A DNA stretch of 64,000 nucleotides from an uncultured delta proteobacterium (GCA_963737905.1 CAVTUQ010000028.1:1-64000), one strand, 5' to 3'; shown: positions 29,737 to 40,962, numbered from the stretch's first letter. Program-made: numbers and translations. Notes: generated by a model from the sequence alone, not told the origin.

Positions 29737-31068
29737 TTAAACCAAACGAAGCACTTGATCGTATTGGTCACTAAGAGCACGTCTAAATGCCGACCTTCGA
29801 TGCTCGATTCCCTCCTCTACTTTCTTAGACCTGGCTTCGAGAGAAATAAATCGCCTTTTAAGAGAATCCGCGTCAAACGAATTGATATGGACCACATATT
29901 CCGACTGACCCATCTGTGTCATCAGGTCGACAGTTTTCCTTTGGTATGCGATACCCAAAACCGGTCTATTGAGAATATAGGGAATAATGATCCCGTGAAA
30001 TCTGGTAGCAACAACTATGTCTGTTATACAAATCGCTGATACCAGATCCTCGAAGCAGCAAATCGTTTTATCAACGATGTTCTGAGATAAATCCCGATCG
30101 GCTTTCTCTTTCATAAGATTTTTAATATCATTGATAACCGGCGGGTCGGCACGGAGTTGCGTGGGAAAAAACAACACCTGATATCCTCTCTGAATCACCC
30201 ACAATGCGAAATCAGCGAGTTCACGAACGTACCTCTCGTACTGACAAGCGTTTGCGCCTAGCCAGTAACGGCCATCCGAGAAGGGGACCGGATTGATCCC
30301 AACGATGGGTAACGATCTGTGAAAGCCACCAGCCGGTGGAGAGTCGATGAGTAAGCTGTAGACTAAGTCAGGAAAAACAGCATTCTCTCCGAAGACACCC
30401 AGGGCATTTACGAAAGCCCGAGAAGTCTCATCGCGATAGGAACGATAGCTCGCGAGCGCGAGACTGTTTCTGGCGAAAAATTTTCCCAGACGCGACTGAA
30501 TTGGGCCGGCCCCTACACTTACAAAAGCAACCCGTGTTTTCACAACCTTCGCGAGCAGGGCCCATTTAAACAGGGTGTAAGGAAACGCCCATGGCCCTCC
30601 TACATAATCGATCAATTGCTGCGAACCGGCAATGATAAGAAGATCCATGCCTTTCAAATTTCGATAGGCCTGAATCAAGAACTTGAATTCGCGAATTCCA
30701 CCTACGAGAACACGCCCGCTTCTTCTCATTGCGTTCAGGAACACAAAGGCGACCGGAACAGATCTCAGTTTAGCTTTTACTGCTTGAGCAAGTTTTGATG
30801 GTCTGTGAGAGTTCTCATTGCCTAGGATGCCACGCCTGCGATGCTCTAGTTTGTCGATCCATCGTATTGGAAAAGAATTTATTTTGTGTCTCTCTTTTGT
30901 GTCGTCTGGATCAATAGTAAATCCATAGATCTGAGCCTCCGGACACCGCAGTCTGATATTTTGGATGACGGCCGCAATAATCGCTTCATCGCCAAGGTTT
31001 TCATTACCTACGTGGCCAAAGACACCGATTTTCCTAATGGATTGACGATTGTTTATGTCAGTAGTCAT
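29737..31068 (-). CDS. Polysaccharide pyruvyl transferase family protein
   Basis: GNENLGDEAI, VGAGP, SYRD..S, PDLV, ATRFHG. Confidence 0.88.
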   Translation of the reverse strand: MTTDINNRQSIRKIGVFGHVGNENLGDEAIIAAVIQNIRLRCPEAQIYGFTIDPDDTKERHKINSFPIRWIDKLEHRRRGILGNENSHRPSKLAQAVKAKLRSVPVAFVFLNAMRRSGRVLVGGIREFKFLIQAYRNLKGMDLLIIAGSQQLIDYVGGPWAFPYTLFKWALLAKVVKTRVAFVSVGAGPIQSRLGKFFARNSLALASYRSYRDETSRAFVNALGVFGENAVFPDLVYSLLIDSPPAGGFHRSLPIVGINPVPFSDGRYWLGANACQYERYVRELADFALWVIQRGYQVLFFPTQLRADPPVINDIKNLMKEKADRDLSQNIVDKTICCFEDLVSAICITDIVVATRFHGIIIPYILNRPVLGIAYQRKTVDLMTQMGQSEYVVHINSFDADSLKRRFISLEARSKKVEEGIEHRRSAFRRALSDQYDQVLRLV

Positions 31069-31372
31069 CGGTCTTTATGATCTGCTTTGAGCAAGGGGAA
31101 ATGAGGTATAACCAACCCAGCAGATTGTGCCGAACACGACGACTTTAATTTGTGGCGCCCGAGACGCGACCACGACGATAACATCCGCTATCAAATCGAT
31201 ACCAGTCACGGAACGCAAACTGTGCCAATCGTTCGGCCAGTCACGAGTACTACGATCAAAATCAAGAATTCTCGCTTTGTGAAACGCAAGCGAACCAAGG
31301 GGCTCGCCATAACCGCTTAGCGCGCTCAAAGTCAGTAAATTAGGATTCAGCGGATCAAGTGTATCGTGTGCT

Positions 31373-32749
31373 CTATGTGTTCGTAAAAGGTGAGCTGAGC
31401 CACTGTATTTGTCTAGAGCCTGATATTTCTCTTCGGGGTTCGGGCCGGTGTTTATTTATCAATAAATCACACGCTAGCAATCTGTCTGCGGCTCTTTTCA
31501 CAGCGCTGAATGATATACCGGCTAATTCCGCAATATCCAGTAAAGTATGCTTGCCATCGGACATGTTCAGCACCCAGAGAAGCGCACGATCTTCAACATC
31601 CCCATCAGGATAACCTCGGTACAACCCTCGCTTACCGAGCTGTGGTTCACCTTTTGGGTTTTGGTTTACGTACGTTTCGTCATTTTCAAGGATAGAGATC
31701 ACTGATACACACTGTACCAGGGAATCTGCAAGATACGAGGGTCGCACAAAGGACAAATTGTCTGCGGAAGTGTGATATTCCGCATATCGGCCGTGCGGAG
31801 TTCTCATGAAACAACCGACGGGAAGATTAAAACCGGGCGAACAAAACTGGCGTTCATCATAACCATAAGGAGAGAAATCGAAGATTTCATAGTCCCGGCC
31901 GGAATGTTTTAAGGCATGCAAGACGGCCTTGTCGACTTCTGTATCGCCTCGTCGGCTTTTTTTGTAGGTCAATTTGCCTGAATCACCTACACACGCAACA
32001 ACCAAGCCGTGTTTGATATTCGACACGCTGCTCTCATTTAGGGAAAGCCAGGTAATGGAACCTATAGTGCTGGGTATAAATAGAAATCGGTACGAATAAC
32101 GGAGCGAAGCCCGGCTCAGGTATTTAGCAAGGATTGTCGCAACTGCAATTCCTGAAAGGTTGTCGTTCGCAAGAGAGGGATGGCAGACGTGACAGGAAAT
32201 CAACACCTCGTCCGAGATACCTCCCGGTAGCAAATACTCGCCGTACGTTAGAAAACCGGGCTCAAGTTTGCTGTCAATGTATACCTCGTACTCATCATCT
32301 GTCAGCTTCATAAGTTGGTTGTAACTGAGGCAGAACCCCCAGTTCTCTTTATAGTACGTTGCGCGAAAGGGAATCCAATCAGGATATTCAGGCAACGTAT
32401 AAAGATGTCTTTTCAGTTCTGCCAAAGGCATTCGCTTCTTAACGGGCACACTATAACCTACAACGTGCAGGTTCGAATTCGCAAAATCTATTACTTTCTC
32501 GCCTCTTGGATTTTTTATATATGCATCCTTAACATTCCATTCCTTTGGAATGGTCCAGTCAAGTACTCCCGTGCCGCTTGGAATTTCCTGAATCTCGAGC
32601 GGGATCTCCCTTCCGACGGTCCGCAATGTTTCACGCACTCCATCGCCAGTAATGCTTCGGCAAAAAGGGTAGAGCTCGCATACAAGGCCATAGATCTCAT
32701 CCCCAATCCCAACCGATTCCAAGAGAACACCCAGTTCCGTTACGTTCAA
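31373..32749 (-). CDS. DUF4910-type protein (M28 aminopeptidase-like fold with C-terminal winged helix)
   Basis: LYPFCRSITGDGVRETL, DWTIPKEW, HVCHPSLANDNLSG, DERQFCSPGFNLP, EYHTSADN, GEPQLGKRGLY. Confidence 0.85.
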   Translation of the reverse strand: MNVTELGVLLESVGIGDEIYGLVCELYPFCRSITGDGVRETLRTVGREIPLEIQEIPSGTGVLDWTIPKEWNVKDAYIKNPRGEKVIDFANSNLHVVGYSVPVKKRMPLAELKRHLYTLPEYPDWIPFRATYYKENWGFCLSYNQLMKLTDDEYEVYIDSKLEPGFLTYGEYLLPGGISDEVLISCHVCHPSLANDNLSGIAVATILAKYLSRASLRYSYRFLFIPSTIGSITWLSLNESSVSNIKHGLVVACVGDSGKLTYKKSRRGDTEVDKAVLHALKHSGRDYEIFDFSPYGYDERQFCSPGFNLPVGCFMRTPHGRYAEYHTSADNLSFVRPSYLADSLVQCVSVISILENDETYVNQNPKGEPQLGKRGLYRGYPDGDVEDRALLWVLNMSDGKHTLLDIAELAGISFSAVKRAADRLLACDLLINKHRPEPRREISGSRQIQWLSSPFTNT

Positions 32750-32840
32750 GATCTTATACCTTATACTCTAGGACTCTCGGTCTTGCGTTCTTAGGTCGCC
32801 GCTGGCTCATGTGAGTGAAGTTCCAAACAGACTCTTAACG

Positions 32841-34076
32841 TCAGGAATAGACCATTACTTCGGGGATGGGTACGACAAACTGCGCAGCCCACTCTCGTGT
32901 ATATGCGAGCTGCGTCATAATTTCGGTCCTGAGATTCCAGGGAAAAATTAAGATATAATCCGGCCTTGTTTCCTTGATCTTGCCGGGATCGTAGATAGGT
33001 ATGTGAGTGCCTGGTGTATACTTTCCATGCTTGTAAGGATTGCGGTCCACGGTGTAGTCAATGAAGTCACTTCTAATACCGCAGTAGTTAAGCAGTGTAT
33101 TACCCTTTCCCGGCGCTCCGTAGCCCACAATAGATTTCTCTTCCCGTTTGGCTTTGATCAGAAAGTTTAGGAGGTTCCGCTTTGTTACCTCTACTTTTTT
33201 CGTGAAGCACAGGTAAGGTTGCAGACACATGAACCCAGCAGCCTGTTCTCTACCCTTAAGATCGAGCACACGCCGGCTTACCGGCCTGTCGCTATCTTCA
33301 CTATGACACGCGTAGATTCTCAAAGAGCCACCGTGAGTGGGCAGTTCTTCCACATCAAAGAGAGTCAGTCCGTGTGCAGCAAATACTTTTTCAACTGTAG
33401 TGAAGGAAAAGTAAGAGAAGTGCTCATGGTAAATCGTGTCGAACTGGTTCTCTTCCATGAGCTTCATGAGATGCGGGAATTCCATCGTGATCAAACCCTT
33501 CGGCTTCAGCATTATTTTCATTCCCGCAACGAAGTCATTGAGGTCCGGCACATGTGCTAGTACATTATTGCCAAGCAGTAAATCCGCTTTGCTTAGCTCG
33601 GCAGAGAGTTCCTGGGCAGTCGTCGTTCCAAAAAATTTCATTATGGTCGGGATACCTTTTTTTATAGCTGTCTGAGCAACGTTGACTGCCGGCTCGATCC
33701 CAAGGACCCGGATCCCCCTCTCTAAGAAATATTGAAGCAAGTAACCGTCGTTACTTGCGATCTCCACTACTTGACTATTGGCGTCAACGTTGAAGCGCTC
33801 GACCATCAAATCAGTATAGGATTTAGCGTGATGCAGCCACGAGTCAGAGTAGGAAGAAAAGTAGGCGTATTCTGTAAATATAGTCGCAGGCTGGACGTAT
33901 TTCTGAAGTTGGACCAGAAAACAACGTTCACAGACATAAGCATGAAGCGGATAGAACGGCTCCATTTGATTAAGCTGCTCCGCCGTCAAAAAACTCTCGC
34001 AAAGCGGTGACATTCCCAAATCAACAAAAGTATGAGTTAGGTTGCAGCCGCAAAATCGGCAGAAAGACATTGTCAT
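32841..34076 (-). CDS. SAM-dependent NDP-sugar C-methyltransferase-like protein (Zn-binding)
   Basis: CRFCG..DLGMSPL, CERCFLVQL, EIASNDGYLL, NNVLAHVPD, FDTIYHEH, HGGSLR, GYGAPGKGNTLLN. Confidence 0.88.
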   Translation of the reverse strand: MTMSFCRFCGCNLTHTFVDLGMSPLCESFLTAEQLNQMEPFYPLHAYVCERCFLVQLQKYVQPATIFTEYAYFSSYSDSWLHHAKSYTDLMVERFNVDANSQVVEIASNDGYLLQYFLERGIRVLGIEPAVNVAQTAIKKGIPTIMKFFGTTTAQELSAELSKADLLLGNNVLAHVPDLNDFVAGMKIMLKPKGLITMEFPHLMKLMEENQFDTIYHEHFSYFSFTTVEKVFAAHGLTLFDVEELPTHGGSLRIYACHSEDSDRPVSRRVLDLKGREQAAGFMCLQPYLCFTKKVEVTKRNLLNFLIKAKREEKSIVGYGAPGKGNTLLNYCGIRSDFIDYTVDRNPYKHGKYTPGTHIPIYDPGKIKETRPDYILIFPWNLRTEIMTQLAYTREWAAQFVVPIPEVMVYS

Positions 34077-34626
34077 ATTGTTTCAATAGGCACGGCTACT
34101 CCGAATCGAGAAGCCCCAGGTAACGGAGCGCGCTTCCGCCATTCCTGCATCGAGCGGTTACAAAATACGGCATAAACTCGCTATTTTTACCCCCAAAAAA
34201 AGGGGTATTTTGCTGCTGGATAAAGGACTTTTTGGTAACCCAAAAAGCCTCTCTGGCAAAAATGGCGGCTATCAATTGGACTATAGTGAAGACGGACAAA
34301 CTTGCCCGAAGAACCCCATTGATGCCATCTGTTTTTCCCTGGAAGAGCAAAAGGTATTCCAGCTCTTTCTGGCACCGAGGCTAGCTATTATGAATCAGAC
34401 TCCGATTTGGGCAGAGACGAGGTGAGTAAACTGTGGTCATGCAGGACAGTTATAAAAGACGACTCCTAGGGAGCTAGGGAGAAATCAGCAAGGGTAGAAA
34501 TGTAAGTTAAAGCGCGGCTATTACAAAACAGTTTCAGCAGGAAACCTTAAGACATGTGACCTAGGAGTTGCGATTTGGCTCAGTTTGGCGACAAGGTCTC
34601 CGCCAATGGCTGAGATCTTCGCGGGA

Positions 34627-35247
34627 TCAATGCTGCTTTGGGAGCAGAACGCCTGGCTCACGAAAAAGGACAATCTCGACCAACTCGCACAATATATGTT
34701 CAACGGCCAAGTGAGTCTCCTGAATATATTGGGTATCGGCGCTCGGCACAGCGATTACTATTTCCGATATCGCGGCCAGGCGACCACCGTTTCCCGTGAG
34801 GGCAATCGTGTGCATATTTCTTTTCTTTGCTGCGGCGACAGCGCGGATAACGTTCGGTGAGTTTCCGCTCGTGCTGATGCCGATGAGGAGATCACCGGGG
34901 CGTCCTAAAGCCTCGATTTGCCGCTCGAAGACTCCTTCGAAACCGCAGTCATTACCAAAAGCGGTCAAGAAGGAGGTATCGGTCGTCAACGCGATCGCAG
35001 GCAGAGCGTGGCGCTCTAAATCCTTTGAAAAACGACTGACGAACTCCGCCGCCATATGCTGACAGTCGGCTGCGCTTCCACCGTTGCCGCATAGCAGGAG
35101 CTTTCCGCCAGACAAAAACGCCTTTGCTATCAGGTCAGCCGCACTGGCAATTGTTCCAGCACAACTCGTCGCCGTTTGTCGCTTGATCTCGGCGCTTTGA
35201 AGGAGATGGGCTTCTATTTTCCGAAAATTGTCAGCGGTTAATGGCAT
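34627..35247 (-). CDS. gmhA: D-sedoheptulose-7-phosphate isomerase
   Basis: CGNGGSAADCQHMAAE, TDTS..TA.GND, GISTSGNSPNV, IQETH; ATG 35247 with AAGGAG RBS. Confidence 0.92.
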   Translation of the reverse strand: MPLTADNFRKIEAHLLQSAEIKRQTATSCAGTIASAADLIAKAFLSGGKLLLCGNGGSAADCQHMAAEFVSRFSKDLERHALPAIALTTDTSFLTAFGNDCGFEGVFERQIEALGRPGDLLIGISTSGNSPNVIRAVAAAKKRNMHTIALTGNGGRLAAISEIVIAVPSADTQYIQETHLAVEHILCELVEIVLFREPGVLLPKQH

Positions 35248-35267
35248 CCGTGGTTCTCCTTTGGTCG

Positions 35268-36200
35268 CTACACTTCCACTTTCAGACGCTGACCGTACAT
35301 TTCGGAGTAGTATTTTCGATATTCGCCGTTCTTGATTCGCTCCCACCAGTCTCTCTGACTTCGATACCAATCAATCGTACTTGACAACCCTTGCTCAAGA
35401 GAGATAGACGCCTGCCATCCGAGGTCACGTATTTTGGAGACACTTAAAGAATACCGGCGATCATGCCCTGAACGATCCTCAACTTGGCGAATGAGGTGAC
35501 GAGGCTTACCGATTTTGTCAAGAATCCGCTCTCCCATAAACTGATTCGTCTGTTCTCCATGAGCGCTGACATTATAAACGTCTCCCGGCACTCCGTGCTC
35601 TAATACGTGAAGCACCGCTCGCGCATGATCTTCGACATGTATCCAATCCCTTATTTGCCGACCGTCGCCATATAAAGGCAAGGGTTGATCGTCGAGCGCA
35701 TTGGTAATGAATAAAGGCAAAAGCTTTTCGGGAAATTGATAAGGGCCGTAGTTGTTTCCACATCGTGTGATCAATGTCGGAAGACCGTAGCTACGATCAT
35801 ACGCCCGAACCAATAGATCGGCGCCAGCTTTGCTCGCCGCATAGGGACTATTTGGGAGTAACTTGCTCCCTTCGGCAAAAGATGCTTCGCCCGGCCCAAG
35901 TGAACCATAAACCTCGTCGGTTGAAACCTGCAGAAATTTTTTGATCCCGCATTGGACCGCCACTTCAAGAAGCACGCGCACACCCTCAATAACCAAAGCA
36001 AAATCCGCAGTGTCCCCTCGGACGAACCGATAATGGGAGTCAATTGCCGTCAAGTTCAAATCGGCTAGATTATCTAAATTTCCCGCGTACGTCAGCAGGT
36101 CAATGTTAACGATGCGCCACTGAGGCTTCTCACGTCGCAGTAAACGGATGAAGTGACTTCCAATAAATCCGCAGCCGCCGGTAATCAGCAGAGCTTTCAA
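35268..36200 (-). pseudogene. rfbB: dTDP-glucose 4,6-dehydratase with an in-frame internal deletion
   Basis: TGGCGFIGS, LTYAGN, VSTDEVYG, PNSPYAASK, NNYGPYQFPEK, GHDRRY present; the conserved HFAAESHVDRS..TN segment is missing at about 35990. Confidence 0.8.
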
Positions 36201-36293
36201 TTATTAATACCTTTCGCCTCTCTCAACTGTGTCGCAAGTCTGTTCATAGTTCGACAGGCTTGCACGAAAATGTCGTGACTCACTCGAAGTCCA

Positions 36294-37373
36294 TCAGACA
36301 AGAACCTCTGAATCGTCCCCAATCATCAACCGGTAAGCCTGATGATTTCCACGATTCTTGATAACGGACGAACCTTTACCAACCAGGCTGTCTTCCAAAC
36401 GATCAACGTGTTCGATCCGCGCGTTTTCCAAAAGGACACAATGCTCCACAACAGAAGAGAAAATGCGGCACCCATTGCCTATAGAGGTAAACGGCCCGAT
36501 GAAAGAATTCTCGATTTGAACGTTATCTCCGACGACCACTGGTCCTCGAATCGTGCTTCTCGTTACTCGACTGTTTTTTCCCAAGCGAACTCGCCCACTC
36601 ACTTGGCTTTCAGCGTCAACCTCTCCGACGAGTTGTCGCTTGACCCATTCGTCCAGCACAATGCTGTTGGCTGTTAAAAGGTCGTCCTTCTTACCAGTGT
36701 CAAGCCACCAACTATCCAGCTGGTGACTTAAAACACTGCATCCTTGCGCCAAAAGCTCCTGAATCGCATCTGTAATCTCCAGTTCTCCGCGCTCCGACGG
36801 CCGAATGCAATCGATTGCTTCATGAATTTTGGGTGAGAAAAAGTAAATCCCTACCAAAGCCAGGTCTGATCGAGGGTTTTTAGGCTTTTCGACGAGACGG
36901 CTTACTTGTCCTTCAGTGTTGACTTCGGCGATTCCAAAATTCGTCGGATTACCCACTTTTTTGAGCAAGATGCTCGCATCGGCATTGGATCTCTCGAAAG
37001 TTTCACGAAATCCGGCGACCCCCGACCCGATCAGATTATCGCCGAGATACATGATGAATGGATCCAGCCCCAAAAATGGCCGCGCAACTTTGACCGCATG
37101 GGCCAATCCGAGTGGCTCGTCCTGCAAGATATACTCGATCTTCATGCCCCAGGTATTGCCGTCGCCGACTGCTTCCTGAATCGCTCTACCGGTTTCGGGA
37201 GAGATGATGATTCCCACATCACGGATCCTAGCCTCAAGCAGGTTATCCAATACGTAGTACAAGATTGGCCGGTTGGCGATTGGCACGAGTTGCTTTGCTG
37301 CCGTATGAGTAAGAGGTCTAAGTCGACTTCCCTTTCCGCCGGATAGTACCAACCCTTTCAGCGCCCGGCTCAT
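36294..37373 (-). CDS. rfbA: Glucose-1-phosphate thymidylyltransferase (long form)
   Basis: GLVLSGGKGSRLRPLT..KQLVP, QDEPLGLAHA, YLGDN, VEKP, RGELEITD, WLDTG; C-terminal beta-helix. Confidence 0.92.
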   Translation of the reverse strand: MSRALKGLVLSGGKGSRLRPLTHTAAKQLVPIANRPILYYVLDNLLEARIRDVGIIISPETGRAIQEAVGDGNTWGMKIEYILQDEPLGLAHAVKVARPFLGLDPFIMYLGDNLIGSGVAGFRETFERSNADASILLKKVGNPTNFGIAEVNTEGQVSRLVEKPKNPRSDLALVGIYFFSPKIHEAIDCIRPSERGELEITDAIQELLAQGCSVLSHQLDSWWLDTGKKDDLLTANSIVLDEWVKRQLVGEVDAESQVSGRVRLGKNSRVTRSTIRGPVVVGDNVQIENSFIGPFTSIGNGCRIFSSVVEHCVLLENARIEHVDRLEDSLVGKGSSVIKNRGNHQAYRLMIGDDSEVLV

Positions 37374-38888
37374 TGTTACCTTAATAGCACATTATTGGCG
37401 AAGTTTGTCCTCCAAACAAATTGATAGTGAAAGAAAATCTGGATCAAAACCGCGCTTCGCGCAAAGGCACAAAGCATGTCCTGAGCACCAAAGTCCAAGG
37501 TGCCTCCCAAGTTGGAAGAAGAAAGATTTTTCCTCGCCCTTCTTCGCGTCTTGGCAGCGATAGCGCTTTTGGCCACGAATCGCCAACGTATAATGTTTTA
37601 TCCCCAAAACCCGGGAGCAATCAAGTTCGGGCCAGCCTCCGGAGTAGCGACCGGGGGGCTCCAAACGGGTTAAACCTCGACCGCGCACGTAACTCTTAGC
37701 TTAACTAGCACGAGGAACGCATAGAGTGCTTCCACTGGTCAGCAAGCGATAGGAATACAAGTAGAGATGGAGTACGATTTCGAGGTTTTCTCTGTGATTT
37801 GACGCGGTTCAGGGGTTTTGTAGCAACTAATTTCTATAAGTACCCACACGAAAAGCGCGGCCCGCGGGTTTAGGGATGCCACGCGAAGCATGAAGCGGCG
37901 GATGAATACGTAGGTTTCAAAGGCAATGATCTTTTTTCGATCTCTATCTCTTCGATTTCTGTAGCTCAACTCGATCCAGCCGTTTAGAAGCTAAGGATAC
38001 GGTCGTTGGGCCACACCACCGATGTAGCGGCCGAGGTGATCGAGAACAGTTTGTGGGGAACGAAAAGGCTTTTGGGTATAGACCACCCAATTCTTTTTAA
38101 AGTAGTTCATTTAAGTTGTTGTGTTTGCTTAAAGTTTCGATTTTTCTTAGGTCGTAAGGCTGCTTTAACAGATCAAGACCCTTTGCACGAAAGACCCGGC
38201 TCAGGGCTTTGACTGGAAACAGAAAGTTTCGCCGTGCTCCAATCCAACGGCTGTGATCGAAGATAAGACAGTTAAATTACTGCGGTAAGGAGAAGACCAA
38301 AAAGAAGTAGCTTACCGGCAAAAGCTCAGAGCTAGTTTGTTTGTTAAGCCACGGTGCTTTGGCCAACGACTGGCACCTCGGGCCAACAATATCGCGTAGC
38401 CGTCTTGCTTTGTCTTGCCCCACCTTAACCATCATGCGTTCACTGTCGATGGCCCTGAGTTTAATCGCACCGGTTCGCTTATCCAAGTCCCGTCCTATGA
38501 GCAAGCCGCGATCTCTTAGTTTGGTTGTACCAAACGCAAGCGTTCCGCTTCCTCTGCCCTAACACTTTCCGCCAATAACCAACTCCTTTTCGTCGGAGGA
38601 ATAAACAACTTTTGTTCATTCCAGCGCAGATCTGATAGGAAAAACTGAAGCCCGCGATCGCCGCGTTGCGCGAACTCGTTGGTAATCCTCGTTCCTCAAA
38701 CGATTCCTGTCCGACTTTAGCTGCTCCGGGGATCGACGATAGTGTTTAACCGTCCAATAACGGCTTGAGGTCCTTATTAAAAGTAAATGGCCGACTCAAG
38801 ATTCGACTCGAGTTTTACCTGGTCGAGGCTTCTGATGAAAAACAATGCTCGCAGGCTGGTAGCCCTATCCAGCGGCAACCAGCGATCG

Positions 38889-40088
38889 CTAGAGAGAAAA
38901 ATCATCGACCAAGACTTTAATGACTCGTTTCGCGGCATTGCCATCCCAGTAACGGGGAGACCGATCTAACTTCTGTTCGCCAAGAGATTGGCGGTTAAAT
39001 TCTCTGACAATCTTTTCCGGATCCGAGCCCACCAAGACGTTAGTGCCCTGCTCAACCGTGACCGGCCTCTCTGTGTTGTCCCGCAGGGTGATACACGGGA
39101 CCCCGAGGATTGTCGTTTCTTCTTGGATTCCACCCGAGTCGGTGAGAACGACCCTCGCTTTGGACATCAGACATAGAAAATCAAGATAGCCCAGAGGTGG
39201 AACCAATCGAATTCGCACCCGCGAATCCCACGGCTCCGGACCCTGAACAAAATGGTCAACGAAATAATCACCCAAATTCTCATCCTGAACTCGTTTTAAC
39301 GTCCGTGGATGCGCCGGAAAAATAACCGGCATATGCTTTGAAATATCGAGAAAAGCGTCCAACATGTGGCAGAAAACCCTCTGGTCATCAACATTAGCCG
39401 GCCTGTGGAGGGTTAGGATCGCATAGGCTTTCACTTGGGGTCCTTCTGCCAACTGCAAGTCCTGCAGGATTGTCGACTCCTGGGCTTTCGAGCGATGGCG
39501 AAGCAACGTATCGATCATTACGTTTCCGACGAAAAAAATGCGGTGCTTTGGAATACCTTCGCTGAGCAGATTCTGATTGGCGCTGTCCTCAGTAGTGAAG
39601 AGATAATCGGAAATAGAATCTGTGACGATGCGATTGATCTCCTCAGGCATAGTGCGGTCGAAGCTCCTTAATCCCGCTTCAACATGCGCAAGCTTAGGAA
39701 CAAAATCCTTTGCACCCCGGTCTCCCCGGCACCATGTCTTCTTGGCCACGAGCGCACACGCAGCCGTGGAGTTTACATCACCGACGACAAGCACCAGGTG
39801 AGGTCGCTCGTTCAGAACCACACTTTCAAACCGCTCCATGATTCGAGCGGTCTGAACCGAATGGGACGCCGAGCCCACGCCCAAACAAAGATCTGGCTTA
39901 GGAAGCTCTAAGTCGTTAAAAAACGAATCCGACATGTTACTATCGTAATGCTGCCCGGTATGAACCAGAACATGGTGGATTTGTTCTTCGGTCGCTTGGG
40001 TGTTAATCCCCTTTATCGCCTCGCAAATGGCCGCGATTTTCATGAAATTGGGCCTTGCACCAACCACCGATAAGATTTTCAGTACCAT
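38889..40088 (-). CDS. wecB: UDP-N-acetylglucosamine 2-epimerase (non-hydrolysing)
   Basis: VGARPNFMK, HTGQHYD, GDVNST, HVEAGLRS, PEEINR, TDSGGIQEE, TERP. Confidence 0.95.
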   Translation of the reverse strand: MVLKILSVVGARPNFMKIAAICEAIKGINTQATEEQIHHVLVHTGQHYDSNMSDSFFNDLELPKPDLCLGVGSASHSVQTARIMERFESVVLNERPHLVLVVGDVNSTAACALVAKKTWCRGDRGAKDFVPKLAHVEAGLRSFDRTMPEEINRIVTDSISDYLFTTEDSANQNLLSEGIPKHRIFFVGNVMIDTLLRHRSKAQESTILQDLQLAEGPQVKAYAILTLHRPANVDDQRVFCHMLDAFLDISKHMPVIFPAHPRTLKRVQDENLGDYFVDHFVQGPEPWDSRVRIRLVPPLGYLDFLCLMSKARVVLTDSGGIQEETTILGVPCITLRDNTERPVTVEQGTNVLVGSDPEKIVREFNRQSLGEQKLDRSPRYWDGNAAKRVIKVLVDDFSL

Positions 40089-40101
40089 GATAGAGTTTTA
40101 A

Positions 40102-40962
40102 TTAGTAAGTACTAAGCGAGCTCTCGCCCAACACTTCTTCCATCGGTGCCCACGAAAAGTCATCCAGCAATTTGAGACATTTTTTTTCTGTTGAATCTAA
40201 GTTGTTGTAGTGCCGAAAGCGCGATAACCAGGAGGCGGAAATGCGCGGTTGGTCCGGATCTAGCTCCCACGGATGCAAGTAAACCATCGCCGGTTGCCGT
40301 TCATTCTTATTGAGATGATCTATAGCCCACGCCGTTACTCTGTAAGGGAAAAACCGCAGGTAGCCGCCGCCTGCAACCGGCATATTATTTCCGAAGATCC
40401 GAAGCGTCGACGGGGGAAACTCCCTAATCTGTCGCCCACATTTCAGCCGCTTAATGTAGGGAAAACGTGGCGCATCAGGGATGCCGTAATTGTCATGGAT
40501 GACAGGAAATATACTAGAGTCATATTCAAATCCTTCCTCACCGAGGATTTCAAAAGCCCAGGGGGTCTCGGCAGTAATCGAATAGCTTGGCGCACGGAAG
40601 CTGGTTACCCCTATTCCCGTGAGATCCTCTATGATTTGCCTCGCACGCCGCACGTCGTTACGAAAGTCCATTTCGTCGCCTTCGTAAATTAGCCGATGGG
40701 AGTATCCATGGCACCCGATGCGGTGCCCCGCCTTGCGGATCGCCTTAATCAGTCCTGGGGACCTTTCTGCTACCCATCCCAAGACAAAAAACGTCGCTCG
40801 AACCTGCCGGCCCGCAAGAATTTCCAGCATTCGAAGCGTATTTCGCTCGACTCGACTCGGATAGCGCTCCCAATCATTACGACTGATTACTCTAGCGAAC
40901 GCTTGGACGTGAAAATAATCTTCAACGTCAACGGTCAGCGCATTCAAAAAGTCCGCAGCCAC
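40102..40962 (-). CDS. XrtA-system polysaccharide deacetylase (TIGR03006/DUF3473-like)
   Basis: NALTVDVEDYFHV, ATFFVLGWVAE, HGYSH, FRAPSYSI, GGGYLR, YLHPWELDP. Confidence 0.92.
   Translation of the reverse strand: MAADFLNALTVDVEDYFHVQAFARVISRNDWERYPSRVERNTLRMLEILAGRQVRATFFVLGWVAERSPGLIKAIRKAGHRIGCHGYSHRLIYEGDEMDFRNDVRRARQIIEDLTGIGVTSFRAPSYSITAETPWAFEILGEEGFEYDSSIFPVIHDNYGIPDAPRFPYIKRLKCGRQIREFPPSTLRIFGNNMPVAGGGYLRFFPYRVTAWAIDHLNKNERQPAMVYLHPWELDPDQPRISASWLSRFRHYNNLDSTEKKCLKLLDDFSWAPMEEVLGESSLSTY

Noticed and set aside
31075-31329. 84-aa ORF as the missing 3,5-epimerase
   Set aside because: No cupin/RmlC motifs (DxRG, RGxH) in the translation.
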